A stretch of 64,000 bases of DNA from Gekko japonicus (lineage: Eukaryota). Below are positions 1-12,487 of this stretch, in pieces; positions within the stretch are counted from its first letter, which is position 1; every line of letters starts with the position of its first letter. The position numbers and the translations under genes are program-made. Location of the stretch: the NCBI RefSeq assembly GCF_001447785.1, contig NW_015164200.1, positions 497,764 through 561,763 of the forward strand. Direction: 5' to 3'. Below the pieces are notes generated by a model. It saw only the letters and a list, made by a program, of their open reading frames with translations, ran no database searches and was not told the DNA's origin.

Positions 1-87
1 ATTAAATTGTAAGCAAAGGTAATGAAAATATGGACTGGTGTATGTAATGCAAACTACATTCCTGGTTTCTTTTTCTGTTCTTGCTAG

Positions 88-180
88 GAGATGACCCATT
101 CGTGGCCTCCACCTCTCACTGCTATCCACACACCTGGGAAGGCAGAACAGAATAAGTTTTCCATTCCAAACAAAGTGCAG
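88..180 (+). CDS. AFF2: Internal coding exon of AF4/FMR2 family member 2 (equivalent to human exon 5): [29 protein letters not shown](VQ)
   Basis: Polypyrimidine tract + TAG acceptor ending at 87. Encodes the AFF-family [16 protein letters not shown] motif (SIAH degron/ELL-binding region). Donors are possible after 174 (AAA|gtgcag) or 180 (CAG|gtatgc). EQxxFSIP favours AFF2 over AFF1/3/4, which have EPxKFPFP. Confidence 0.93.
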
Positions 181-1117
181 GTATGCTATGGGCAGCCTTG
201 ATATTAGTTGTCTGCCACCAAAGCCATCCATTGCTTTGGGTGAATGAAATCCTGGGATTGAATTCACCGTCCCTGATCCAACTCTATTTATGTTCCATGT
301 CTAACAATCAGGGCTGTAACCAGGCTTTTCAGGCTAGCTGGGCTTGCCATATTTCGAGGCGGGCTTCAAGGAATTGAATTTAAAAGAGCAATTTCCTGCT
401 AACCCAAAGAATACTCTAAAACCCTTTCTCCAAGCCCACATATTATATTTTCATTTTAGTGTTTATGTGTAGTTAGTGTCATAAATATTGAGACTGAATA
501 AGAACAGTTACTCTTTAGTTTGGGAAGTTTTTTAACACTGTTATAATGGACACCTTTCTTTCATAAAAAAGAAACTTCTCAATTTACCCCTTCCCTCTTA
601 GAAATTTTGCCATGCTCTATTATGGTCACTAAAGAAAGATTTTTGGGGTTACTTATGCTGGATAGATAGTGACTTTTAATGAAAGATTATGTTGCACAAG
701 TAAAAAAGCATATTTTTAAAAAAAATTATTAGAAGGGACCAACCAATGCTTTGAGTAAATGGGGCACCCATTGGTCCCATTCTGGCTACATCCCGGCTAA
801 TGGCCCAGAATGGAGATGTGGCCTCAGAGCTACATAAAAAGATGCATTTGTCTAGATTTGGCACATCCAGATTCACATGTTTATCATCCCCAAGTACAAA
901 TGTAGAAGCTTTGTTTCTGCACACAGAACTCTCTTGCTGGGTTTGTTGACTATAAACAGACTAATATGAAATTAGAAGGAAAAATATTAATATTACATTG
1001 ATAGATACTGACCAGTAACATGAGCACCAAAATAGAAAAACATAGCTACATTTAAATGGGGAGAGGGGGTACAATCCAGCCACAGTGAGGGTTTGTTCCC
1101 ACCTTTTGGGTAGCAAC

Positions 1118-1541
1118 TAGGGATGGGCCTGAACCGGCTGACAAACTAACGTTCTTCACAAATTTTGGCCAGTTTGTCATTTGCGAGAAATGTTCACATA
1201 CTGAAGAACTGCTATAAACTTTCATGAATTTTGATGCAGTTAATTGTGGTTCATGAAGAGCAGAAAGCGGGGGTTTAAATGCTTGATTTCTGCTCTTCAC
1301 AAAAAACAGCTTCCTGCCACACAGCTGTTTGGTTTAAATGTCTGGGAGCCATCTAAACTACTGCTTCTTGCTCCCTACATAAAGCAATGGGGAGCTGAAA
1401 GCAGGGGTTTAAATTTTAAATGGCTCATAAACCAGGTTGGTTTGTGAACCAGCCTCCTAGTTTATATAGGTTCGTGGTTCAGTTCATGGTTCAGACACAA
1501 ACTGAACCAAACCACAAAAATGCGGTTCATGCCCATCCCTA
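1118..1541. mobile_element. hAT-like non-autonomous DNA transposon (TAGGGATGGGC termini)
   Basis: TIRs TAGGGATGGGC...GCCCATCCCTA; 8-bp TSD gtagcaac/gtggcaac. Confidence 0.8.
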
Positions 1542-1989
1542 GTGGCAACCATTATTTGGTCACACCCCGTTTTTGAGGACAGTTTGTGCAGCCTCGTGTT
1601 TCCCTGCCTGTGGGCAAATTAGAGAGTGATTTAAAACTGTCCCCATTTGAGCCACCCTTTTTACTGGCAGAGCTGTCCCACCCACCCTCCCTTAAGGGTT
1701 ACAGTATGGGATCTACAGGTAGCTAAGCAGGAATTTTCTAGGACTATCTTTAATTGGCAGTCAGAGATTCTTCTGGTTTTGCTTCCTTCATATCGCAAGG
1801 GGAGGAGTATTATTAAATGAAGCTGGTCAAAGTAGAGAGGTAAGGCCCTAACGCAGCAGAATTGGTATGGGCTTGTTTTTGGACAGGGTGTTAGGGGCTG
1901 TGGCGGGATGGTTGCAGCAGAGCCAGCTGAAGTTGAATCCAACAAAGATGGAGGTCCTGTACCTGAGGCATGGGGGTTAGGATCGGGAA

Positions 1990-3215
1990 TCAGGCTCCCA
2001 GTCTTTGGTGGGGTACCATTGGTGCCAGCACTGAGGGTAAGGAGTCTTGGAGTGATGCTGGAATTTTCACTTATTATGGAGGCCCAGGTCACTTCAGTTG
2101 CCAGATCAGCCTTTTATAATCTTTGGCTAACCAGGCAACTGGTTCCTTATCTCACTCCCTGGGACGTAGCTACAGTAATCCATGCAATGGTTACTTCCAG
2201 GCTGGACTACTGTAAATCGCTCTATGCGGGGCTACCCTTGAGCCTGATCCGGAAGTTGCAGCTAGTGCAGAATGCGGCAGCATGCCTGTTGACAGCAACA
2301 CCTGCATGGGCACACATTCAGCTGGTGTTGTTTCAACCGCACTGGCCGCCAATCAAATACCAGATCCGGTTCAAGGTCATGGTTTTGACCCTTAAAGCCC
2401 TATGCAGCCTGGACCATCATACCTGTGGGACCGCCTCTCCTCATATGAGCCCCAGAGAGTTTTACACTCTTCTGAGTATCACCTCCTGGTGGTCCCCAGC
2501 CTAAGGGATGTCCACTTAGCCTTGACCAGGGCGAGGGCTTTTTCATGCCTTGCCCTGGCCGGGTAAAACATGCTCCCATCTGAGACCAGGGCCATACCAC
2601 AGTTCTGCAGGGCCTGTAAAATGGAGCTGTTCCACTAGGCCAGTGATGGCGAACCTTTTAGAGACTGAGTGCCCAAACTGTGACCCAAAACCCACTTATT
2701 TATCACAAAGTGCCAACACAGCAATTTAACCTGAATACTGAGGTTTTACTTTAGAAAAAACAACTCATACATTAATTTAAGATGATCCAAACAAAGTAAG
2801 GAAAGCAATCCCAAATGCTTTCATTTACTTAAAATTATTTGGCATAGAATTCGACAATTTAATGATGGTCTGGGCCTGGCTGGGGCGATGGCACACGTGC
2901 CCACAGAGAGGGCTCTGGGTGCCACCTCTGGCACCCATGCCATAGATTTGCCACCACTGCACTAGGCCTTTGGTTGAGGTGGCAGAAGTTCAATCATTCT
3001 GGCCTTCATGGCCCCTTTCCCAGTGTTCTTACTGTTCTGGATACTACTTGGGCACTGGAGTTTCTTGGGGTGACTATTCTTGCCTAACATGGGGCAAGGG
3101 TCTTTGTCATTATCTGTTGCTGCCATCTATTGGTTTATTGTTTCATGGTTTTATGTTGTAAGCCACCCTAACCCTAGGTGTTGGGGTAGGGCGGGGTATA
3201 AATTAAATAAATTAC
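1990..3215 (+). mobile_element. L2 LINE 3' fragment (ORF2 C-terminus and 3' UTR), split by a hAT MITE
   Basis: ORF 1908-2504 contains VRSLGV...TVIHAMVTSRLDYCKSLYAGLP...LQLVQNAAA, typical of L2 ORF2. Tail tgtaagccacc...gggcggggtataaattaaataaa. Confidence 0.88.
2641..2959. mobile_element. hAT (Charlie-type) MITE inserted in L2
   Basis: TIR CAGTGATGGCGAACCT / AGATTTGCCACCACTG; perfect 8-bp TSD cactaggc. Confidence 0.92.
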
Positions 3216-4363
3216 TAATTTAATTAGATCAACAAGCAGCTGGATCTTAGGCTGGGGAAAGGTCACATGAAAAAGACATTATGGTCTGATCAGTCTGGGG
3301 GAGGGAACATTCTTGGTGTTAGACATCAGATCCCAAGCCCTCAAGCCAACAAGTGTGATGGGTACCATCTCTCAGTACAGTTTGGTGTGCAGGCAAAGAC
3401 AAGTGAAGACTGGCTGTGTAACTACTTGGAGCCAGGGTAAGATTGCCCAGACAGGTCTCTGTCAGTGCCATCCTAAGGCTGCTTTCTTGGGAATAATCCC
3501 CATTGAATACAGCTAAGTAGACCTGCATAGGATGACTCTCTGTGCCTTCCTTTCTGAGTTGGGGCACCAAGAAGCCCTTCAGATTGATATATTAAAGAGA
3601 AAAATTTATCACATGCATGGCTCTCTTCTTGGGAAAGGAACAGGATTTCCAACAGCTTTGCTTGGACCAGATTGTGTTATGTGTTTTTCTTTACAAAACA
3701 GTTTTAGAAGCAGTAACAACTGCTTTGGAGCATGGCTTTTGGAAATGTAGGCACAAGACAGGCATTGTTATAGATCTCTTTAAATATTCCCACCAGAAGT
3801 GTAATAATGCAGTAGAAAAGGAGAGCGGTCATTTCTGCAATTTATTTTTCCCTTTGACACTCAGATATAAAGTGCCATGTTTACTGTTACGGCATGATTT
3901 GCTTAGCAAGGGATTGACTAGCAGTATGGCAAAATATTAGGAGCTAATCATGCCCTGGGAGGAGGAAACAGAGGTCTTAATGATTTCAGCATCCTATAGT
4001 TCTGACACTTTTTATAAAACAGCACTGAGCCATAGGAGTGGATTGTTTGGTTTTGCTTTAAAAAGAATCATTTAACTCCCTCATAATCAAATAAGTAGGT
4101 ATTGGTGCATTTTAGCACAGCTCACACTAAAAGCTCTGTGTGTGGTGGGTGAGTTATTCACAAGCCTGAAGCTTGTGTTCCAACACACATTCATCTTACT
4201 CAATGGAGATAAGACTGCCCTGCTCCCAATGTGCCTCCAGTAAAGCATATACACATCTAAGCATTCCTTCTGGTTCCCATCTCATTTAAATGTCCTTAGC
4301 ATATGTGCTGGCCCATGAGAATCAATGTGGTGCAGTGGTTAATAGCTCACGCCAGTCAGATCC

Positions 4364-4395
<32 letters not shown>

Positions 4396-4414
4396 CCTAA
4401 CTTACTACACAAGG

Positions 4415-4650
4415 GCCCTGTTTACATGTTACAATGCACACACACACACGTCCTGCATGCACATGTGTACATCTGCTTGTAAGAAAGAGCCAACCTGCTT
4501 TCACTGTACAAATGAAACTGGGGACCAGTACCTGGATAAATGTGTGGTTAAAATCACACATTCAGGTGTATGTGCATTGACTGTAACATGAGAACAATCA
4601 AGCATACACCATACACAAACTATGTTTGCTATCACTTGTGAACAGGGCTA
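4415..4650. mobile_element. Harbinger-like MITE (same family as 9000-9224)
   Basis: Inverted termini gccctgtttaca/tgtgaacagggc; core gggaccagtacctggataaatgtg is shared with 9000-9224. Confidence 0.6.
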
Positions 4651-4734
4651 GAGGGTTCATGAGGATAAAACAGAAACAGGGATAAATGTGAATACTGTGC
4701 GTATTTTGGAGGAAGCGCAAGATTTTTTCTTGAG

Positions 4735-4935
4735 TACATTTTTATGCCACCCTTCCTCCAAGGATGTTAGAGCAGCATACATGATTCTCTCGACTCCTCC
4801 AGTTTATTGCCACCACTACCCTGTGAACTAGGTGAGGCTGAGAGAGAGGGCCTGGTCCAGGGTCTCCCAATGAGCTTCCATGGGAGAGTAGGAATCTGAA
4901 CTTGGATTTCCCAGGCTTTGGTGCAATACTCCGCT
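4735..4935 (-). mobile_element. Old MIR-like/Squam3-type tRNA SINE
   Basis: Core accctgtgaactaggtgaggctgagagag; reverse-complement tRNA B-box remnant. Confidence 0.65.
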
Positions 4936-4937
4936 CT

Positions 4938-5150
4938 GACCTGGATAGCTTGGCTAGCCTGATCTCACCAGATCGTCTTGGAAGCTAAGCAGGGTCAGCC
5001 CTGGTAAGTGCTTGGATGGGAGACCACCAAAGAAGCCCAGGGTTGCTATGCAGAGACAGGCAATGGCAAACCACCTGTTCAGCTCCTGCCTTGAAAACCC
5101 TGTGTAGTTGCCATAAGTCAGCTGCAGCTTGACAGTATTCTCCACCACCA
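4938..5150 (+). mobile_element. 5S rRNA-derived SINE
   Basis: Head gcctgatctc...ggaagctaagcagggtc...ttggatgggagacc matches the 5S rRNA internal control region; followed by non-5S body ggcaatggcaaaccacct...gccataagtcagctg. Confidence 0.85.
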
Positions 5151-5513
5151 GTCCAACCACTATACCACATTGGCACACAGGAAGTCTGATTTGACATGTG
5201 CCAACCATGGTAGTATAGGAACTGGTGCATGTGGAAAGCACATTTATACAAGATGAGATCTGTGTTGGAACATTTGCTTGGCAAAGTGCCTTTTTCCATG
5301 GCCCCATCTCATGTGAACTGTACCTTGATGTAAAGTCAAGAGCTGTCTTTTTTGTCCAAATGAATACATGTTCTGATGGTGGGAGGGTACAGGCTTCTAT
5401 GAATTAACTGTCTTTGTTGATGTAGCCCTTGTACTGTTAGTCTAATGAGTAAATATGGATCTTTCTACTTAAGCTCCTAACTTGTGTTGACATTTTGTTT
5501 GTTTTCCTTGCAG

Positions 5514-5550
5514 GATTCACAGCATCTGACCTCAGGATATAATGTACAAA
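5514..5550 (+). CDS. AFF2: AFF2 37-nt coding exon: DSQHLTSGYNVQ(K)
   Basis: ttttccttgcag acceptor and A|gtaggt donor; phase 0 to 1, in frame with the previous exon; resembles human ESQHLTPGFTLQK. Confidence 0.92.
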
Positions 5551-5811
5551 GTAGGTCTTCATTGTCCGTAGTCTAAACCATCAGATACCCCTCCATCCAA
5601 TACAATGTCATTAAGATAAGGGTTGAAAAATTAATTTCCATGCTGCTGAAGTAGATTAGAGCTGTGATTTGCTTGGGTTTTTAAAATTATTTTGCATACC
5701 GTGTCATGTTCTGTTTTGAGGCACATCATAACATCACTTACAATTAGACAGAGTAGCACTTAACGGCAGGATCCAGTGGCAACTATTTCAAGGTGGTTCT
5801 TTTCTTTGTAG

Positions 5812-5863
5812 AATGGAGTGATCCAGCTGGCAAAGTTGCAACCAAATCAGTGCCACAGAAATC
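5812..5863 (+). CDS. AFF2: AFF2 52-nt coding exon: (K)WSDPAGKVATKSVPQK(S)
   Basis: tcttttctttgtag acceptor and TC|gtaagt donor; phase 1 to 2; resembles human KWNDPTTRASTKSVSFKS. Confidence 0.92.
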
Positions 5864-6289
5864 GTAAGTAGTCTTTTTTCCAGTCTGCAACTTTTTGAAT
5901 ATTATAAGATCTGTGTCTTCATGTTGTAGCACTATACTTCTGAAAATATGTACTGGGAGAAAGAAATTCAATAGTCTTATGGGCCAAAGTATATCTTTCA
6001 AATGAGGCTGCCAACCATGTCACTGCATGATTTGTTGCCTATGTCCAATTAACCTCTCTTGGATGCAAGTAATTCCACTCCTTCTGCATTGTGTATGGTT
6101 GAAATACAGAGTAGGCTACCTGTTGTTTCTCTGTACGAATCTCTGCTCTGGACTTTCCTCCTTCCAATCAGTTGGCAAATGGGAGAGGGTTTTATTGGTT
6201 TCCAGTTTCCTTCAGCTCAGAAGCACAGGCAGGCTTAAGCTCTTAACTGCTGGGAAAATGAAGTTACACTCATTTTTGGGAAGATAAAT

Positions 6290-7478
6290 TGACCAGAGCT
6301 TCCCAAAGAAGTTCTTTGTCAATCTCTTCTGTTTTATTTTCTACAGCAACCACTTTATCATTGATTTGCCTAACTTCTTCTGTAATATGCCCTATTATTC
6401 CTTGAAGTTCTTTCACATCATCTTTCATTTCTTGTTTAGATTTCCTAAGACTCTCATTCATTCTTCTCCCAAAAGCCGCTATCTTGTTTTCAGGATTCTC
6501 TGTTTTACTCTCTATCCTGCGTCCCATTTGTTTGAGTAATTTCTGCATCATATCTGATGTGACAGGTTGGTCTGATGAACCTTTCCTGTCAGGATTCTTT
6601 CTGATATATAGAATAAAATCCAAAATGCAAAAGGAATAGAAATAGAGAGAGAATGTTTTAAAATGAAATACTTTCACTTTTAGCTGTCAAGAATTTGTAT
6701 CCTTTCACCATGGCAACCAATGTTTTTTAAAACCAAAACAGATAATCCAGAATGTTTTCAAATCAGTTACTTTTACTTTTAGCCATCAGCAGTTATCCTT
6801 TTCACCATGGGAACCAAGGTCAAATCATCTCAGAATGTCTCTTACCTTCTATTACGTATAATTATCCAATAACAGGTAATCTTCTAAAGTAAATATAAGA
6901 ACAGTCTCAGGGCAGATTTGTCTTTGCAGCCAAAAAAAACCTTTCACACATGCGCACTTTCATAGAAAATAAAATTAAGGATTAAAAATTAGTGATGGAA
7001 TTAATCCCTCACCCATTTAGCTTTCTAGCTTTCCTGATTTCTTAATTATTATATTTTGCAAAAGTTATTGTTTCAGAAAGTTCTTTAAAATCCCATGAGA
7101 GAGGTTACCTTAGCCGGGGTTGTCTCTTTTGTCTTCAAGAAAATATCTCTTTGGCTGTAGATTATTATGTCCATAAATCCTAAGAAGCGGAGGAGGTCAG
7201 GCTTTAGTCCTTATCAGGATTCCAAACACAGCTGGGAGCAAGACTGTAAATTCTAAGACCTCAGATTGCTCTAAGTTGGGAGTTGTCTGTAAAGCCACCA
7301 CTCAGTAGAAAACACCCAAAGAGCAACCTAAAGAGGTAAGCATGGTTTATTTCTTTGATCTTCCTTTAATCTAGGGAGAATTTGCTGACCAGAGAGCCCT
7401 CCTAGTCGGTAATTAGCTGTGTTGTGTCTTCACTCCCCATGAAGATGTTAGCCTGCCATTACATCTCCACCGGAAGCC
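6290..7478 (-). mobile_element. Probable L1 5' end (5' UTR + ORF1 N-terminal coiled coil), 3'-truncated
   Basis: ORF 6270-6677(-) contains a heptad-rich segment MMQKLLKQMGRRIE...VRQINDKVVAVENKTEEID. Strong strand A-bias; cttccgg...atggc-type start near 7478. Confidence 0.6.
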
Positions 7479-8859
7479 CCTCCCCACCACACTTTTGATT
7501 AGAAACCACCTTGGGTCACATATAACGTATAGTTGAGCTCTTGCAGTGACTCCAACAATGAGTCCATCTAGCTTTGTATTGTCTTCTCTGAGATCCCTTA
7601 AATTAGGAGAACAGGAAGCAAACCTGGCCATTCTGGATATAGAGCGTATATGCACATCCACAAATATATACCAACATAAGCATAATGAAAAAGAGGCATG
7701 TGTGAGAAACTTATTTAGTGACTGATATTTTAAGATTACTATTTGGATTGTACCAAGTAAATGGCTATTTCTCCATTCACAAGAAGGCCAAAGCACAAGT
7801 TAGGCTGAATGCAGCAGCCACTTGGAGCAGCAGTTGGGAGACAGCTTGGAGACTGGCCACTATCACCTAGTGGGCATAAGGAAGCCACATGCCAAGGGGC
7901 AGCTGGATGGCCACAGGGCTGGTGGCACATCTTGCAACCCAGCATGGGTTACATTACAAAGGCAAAAAGTGAGTGCAAGACAACAATAAGTAAGAGAAGA
8001 GGCTTAACTAAGAAGGAACAGAACCCTGAAGCAAGAGGCTGCGTCAAAAATCCTTTGGCAGGGGGAACAGAGTGGAGTGATACCTCCTCCTCCCTGCTTC
8101 AGAGGCTGTGGAGGCATTTTTTGGCCTGCTGGGACTGCCTGCAGGGCAGCATTCTTCTTCCCTCTCTCACAGTTGTCTATTAGATTCTATTTAGCAAGAG
8201 AAACTTAAACCACATTGTATTTGAGAATGCTCCAGCTTGTCAGCAGGGGAAAACAGAAGCCCAGACTTACCCTGTCAATCATTTCTTGCTTCTGGCAATA
8301 GAATGTTTAGGGACTCTGGGTACAGGCAACAAGGCGCAGGCCATCTTCATTAATGCCTTTTGATAGGAGTGCAACGAAACAGCTCCTGTCGTTTTGTTTT
8401 TGCAAAACAGCACTGATTTTTCTGGTGTTGGTTTTTTTAGGGGGGAGGGAATGTTCAGGAGTGTTCAGCCAGCACAGAATCATGTGACACTTGTCACTGT
8501 CTGCCTTCATAGGGATGATGTCAACCTGTCGAGAGAGCACAGGAAGTTATTGTTTAGGAGTACCAAAGTTGTGCCAACATTATATCGATGTACATCACTG
8601 CAATAGAGTTAAGTTACCAACAGTATAATTTTAAACATGCATTTATTCCTTTAAGTGCATTAGTCATGATTTCAAATTTCTCATCCTGGTGGTTTTGACC
8701 AGAAAATCCCCTCTTAGATTCCACTTCTCCTATGTGCAAATCAAACCAAGAGGGGGGTTTTTGCACATTTTCACAGCCTGTTCTGTTTCTTTGTCCTGAA
8801 TTCTTCCAGTACGATGTCTTTTTCAACATTTGTATGTTGTAGGGCTATCTTTTGGCTAT

Positions 8860-8935
8860 ACTCCTGCAGAGTGCAGGGGGTTGGACTAGATGACCTGCAA
8901 GGCCCCTTCCAACTCTAACATTCTATGATTCTATT
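8860..8935 (+). mobile_element. CR1 LINE 3' terminus
   Basis: gggggttggactagatgacc...cccttccaactct...attctatgattctat tail. Confidence 0.85.
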
Positions 8936-8999
8936 ATTTATTTGAGCATCAGTAAATCACCATTATTTGCTATACATAATCCATATAAAATATTCACAT

Positions 9000-9224
9000 T
9001 AGCCTTGTTCAGATGTTACAGTGAACACATGTACATCTGTTTGAGCCAACGTGCATCTACTTTACAAATTGAGATGGGGACCAGTACCTGGATAAATGTG
9101 AGCTTTCAATCACACATTCATTTGAATGTAACATGAGGATTACTCAAAGCAGTTGTCAAGAAAAATCAAGTGTACATTGTATATGGATTGTACATGTGTT
9201 CAGTGTAATTTGTGAACAGGGCTA
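9000..9224. mobile_element. Harbinger-like MITE
   Basis: TIR tagccttgttca/tgaacagggcta; homologous to 4415-4650. Confidence 0.6.
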
Positions 9225-10294
9225 CTTTATGTATACATTGGAAATACAATCTGCAGAATGTGTGTACACAATTCAAAGAAATCTGTAAAAGCAATTGTAA
9301 AATGTGGAGAGTAAAACAACTGGTGAAAATAGTCTGCAAAGTCTGCAAAGGAAAGGAAACTGGGACCATTTGCGCATCCTTAAATGTGTCAGGGTTCCTT
9401 TTTTGTACAGTATTTTGGATGTGGTGATCAGCACTTTGTAACCGGGGCACGTCAGTCCTGGTGTATAGTTATATGCTGGCTTGGGTGAGGGGTGGTGGTG
9501 TTTCTGAGCTCAGTGGTATACCGTGCATTTAATGGGACCAAAGCTCTCTATAGGAAGTCTGATATAAAACCCAAAGACATGGAGAATACATTTTATGAAC
9601 CAGCCTCTCTCTGTTCTGCTGCTTGATCTAAGGTTCCAGCACTATCAATCAAAACCCTGTGAGGAATGAACAGCCGTCTTATGAAAGGTGATGGATTTTA
9701 CACATGACAGATCAAAGCTGCAATATAAAGTTACTTTTATTTTTAGTTTCCAAATGAAGATCCGCTAAGCCATAGCTGTCGCTTTTCTTTTTCCCCTACA
9801 CACTGTTGAGGCATCTTCTGTGAAGGAGGTTCTGTATGTGTATTTTCCTTCTGAATGTTTACATTGGTTAGGAATCCATCTGCATTGTATAATGGATCAT
9901 ATTTTGTGCTGGGTTTTTTCTCCCCCACTTGGATTGAATTCCTTGCTTGGGAAGGCTTCTGAAATCCAATCTGTGGATGGGGTTTTCCGCTTGTAGTCAA
10001 TGGAATTTGGCATCATACCTGAGCTCTGGAAGGAATTTCCCCTTGGTATAATAATGCTGTGTCAGGAGCTTAAATCTTTCCCATTATTTATTATAATTAT
10101 GCTGGTATCTTCCTTTTTTATAAAGAAAGCTCAGAGTGCTATTGTGGAGATGTTAGTACTCACCCATCAAGACATTGACCCGGTCCATATCTTTTTAGTT
10201 TCAAAAATACTGCAGCATCAGATGCTCCCAAATCATTCTCTGAGCCCATTCAAAACAGTGGGACTGGAAAGTACTTTGTCTTGAGCATTCCAAA

Positions 10295-10455
10295 TACTAC
10301 AAATACTACTATTTACCACACCACTACTACCACCACTCTGCTACTTCTGTTACCACTTCTGTTACTACCCTACCATTCTCCTACTCCTACTTCTATAGCC
10401 ACACTACAATTACTGTGATGCTACTACTACCACACTTCTATTGCTACTACCACTC
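10295..10455. repeat. Degenerate (ACT/ACC)n microsatellite; resumes at 10739-10780
   Basis: Runs of actactaccaccact on both sides of a SINE insertion. Confidence 0.8.
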
Positions 10456-10456
10456 T

Positions 10457-10738
10457 AGAAGAGAAGAAGAGATTGGATTTATACCCCGCCTTCACTACCC
10501 AGAGGTATCTCTCAGCAGCTTACAAACTCCTTTCCCTTCCCCTCCTCACAACAGACACCCTGTGAGGTAGGTGGGGCTGAGAGGGTTCTTTCAAGAACTG
10601 TCCTTTCAAGGACAGCTCTTGTCAGAACAATGTCTTGCCCAGAGTCATCCAGCAGGTGCAAGTGGAAGAGTGGGGAATCAAACCTGGTTCTCCCAGATTA
10701 GAGTCCACGCACTTAATCACTGTGCCAAACTGGCTCTC
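10457..10738 (-). mobile_element. Squam3-like tRNA SINE
   Basis: Reverse complement of 44746-45024; (TCT)n tail. Confidence 0.88.
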
Positions 10739-10780
10739 TACTGTTATTACAACTGACACTACTACCACCACCACTAAATA

Positions 10781-10965
10781 NNNNNNNNNNNNNNNNNNNN
10801 NNNNNNNNNNNNNNNNNNNNNNNNNNNNNNNNNNNNNNNNNNNNNNNNNNNNNNNNNNNNNNNNNNNNNNNNNNNNNNNNNNNNNNNNNNNNNNNNNNNN
10901 NNNNNNNNNNNNNNNNNNNNNNNNNNNNNNNNNNNNNNNNNNNNNNNNNNNNNNNNNNNNNNNNN
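10781..10965. other. Assembly gap
   Basis: Run of N. Confidence 1.
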
Positions 10966-12184
10966 TCGGAAGAGGTGAGCCCAAAGATAGCCAACAGAAC
11001 GACCAAGGATAGCCAACAGCTTTGCACTAGGAAGGGTGGTCTTTTCCATTAGGTGACCAAATAGATTTGCATTTTGCAGTTGTTACAGAGAGCACGTTAC
11101 CCTCGAAACAGCTTGCTTTTTTTGTTCTGATTGGTTTCAAAGGCTTGGCCCAGGTCCTCTTGGAAGCTCTTCAGGGCCTTTTTAAACCAAATACATCCTG
11201 CACTGTTTGTCATACTGCTGAGCATTCCTGAGGACTTCCCTTAAAAGCCCAGCTGGAATGAAATAATGGATGTTATAAGTCATAGTTATCCTTTCCTTGC
11301 CATCAGATAGCCTCTTAACAAATTATTAAAAGGTTCCACTCATGAGCTAGAGGATGCTACTAGAAAGCATCTATTGCTGCAAACAGCCATCTCTGTTGAA
11401 ACAGACAAACATAAAAAGCGATGCTTTGGTTTCTATGATGCTTTGGGGAGCACATCTCATGCAACAGTAGCAAAGTAGCTGTCAGGACTAGGTCAGGTCT
11501 GTGAGCAGCTGTACCCAAATCCTATCCTGGAGTATGTTTTCATCAACTTAGGAGCCAAATTGCTAGAGATGGGAGATGGAACTGCTCCCTGGGAAAAAAG
11601 GGTGGTAAGTTGACCAAGCAAGGAGAAAAGTCCAGGTTTTTAGGCTATATACTAGGCCTGCCCAATTCAGGCACTTTATATTGCCTACGAAAGCAAGGGC
11701 CATTTTCACACACATTCTTCCTTTTCTACCAGAAGCATGCAGAAGCCTGCACAGTGCCAGGTAGCTCAGAGGTGACCTGCACAGACACAGTCCCAGATAG
11801 CACCCAAGATCATTCTTTCTTCAGGCCCTGGAAACCTAATGTTTAGTTGAGTTACACAATCATCGGTATAATGTGGTACAGCTCTTGCTTAACAGGCCTA
11901 CAGGTGGGGGAATTTTTTCAAAACCACTCTATATCTAAAGCTGTCATGTCAGGAAGTAAAGCTGGCACCCGTCTCCCAGGCATGTGCTATTTTTCTATGT
12001 GCAGGACATATTTTAAATACAATTTCCTGCTTGCTGTGTGAAGCAGTAAAGGCTACACCATGTACTTCTGCTGGTTGTGTAGATTGGCATAACTAATGTC
12101 AAGAGAATGAGCATTCATCTTCACACAAAAAGAAAGTATTTTTCCCAAAAAGTTTTCACACAAAAAGAAATCAATATATGGATT

Positions 12185-12403
12185 ATTATTTTTTGTGAGT
12201 ATTTTGCGTGTGTGTGTGCGCGCACACACGCCTAGAAGTCATGGTGACTTCTGATTACCCCTAGTGGGGCTAGGACATTTCAGAGAGGTGGCTCTAATAT
12301 TACCTGCCTCTGCATCCTGGCCCTGGTATTCCTTAGAGGTTGCCTTTCCAAGTATTTGCCAGGCTCGGCCCTTCTTAGCTTCCAAGATCTGGCTTGCCTG
12401 GAT
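12185..12403 (-). mobile_element. 5S-derived SINE, A-rich/(CA)n-tail variant
   Basis: 5S head on the minus strand; 11-bp TSD atatatggatt (12174-12184, 12404-12414); homologous to 51763-51984. Confidence 0.82.
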
Positions 12404-12487
12404 ATATATGGATTCCTTAGGACCCAAGTTTGCAGTGATTTTGACTGGTGGTGAAAGTGACATGAAATCACGGCCAACATATGACAG

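Noticed and set aside
4938-5045. Functional 5S rRNA genes (this copy and the others)
   Set aside because: Diverged, dispersed, lacking proper 5S ends, and fused to SINE bodies.
10622-11049. ORFs spanning the N run
   Set aside because: Artefacts of the assembly gap.
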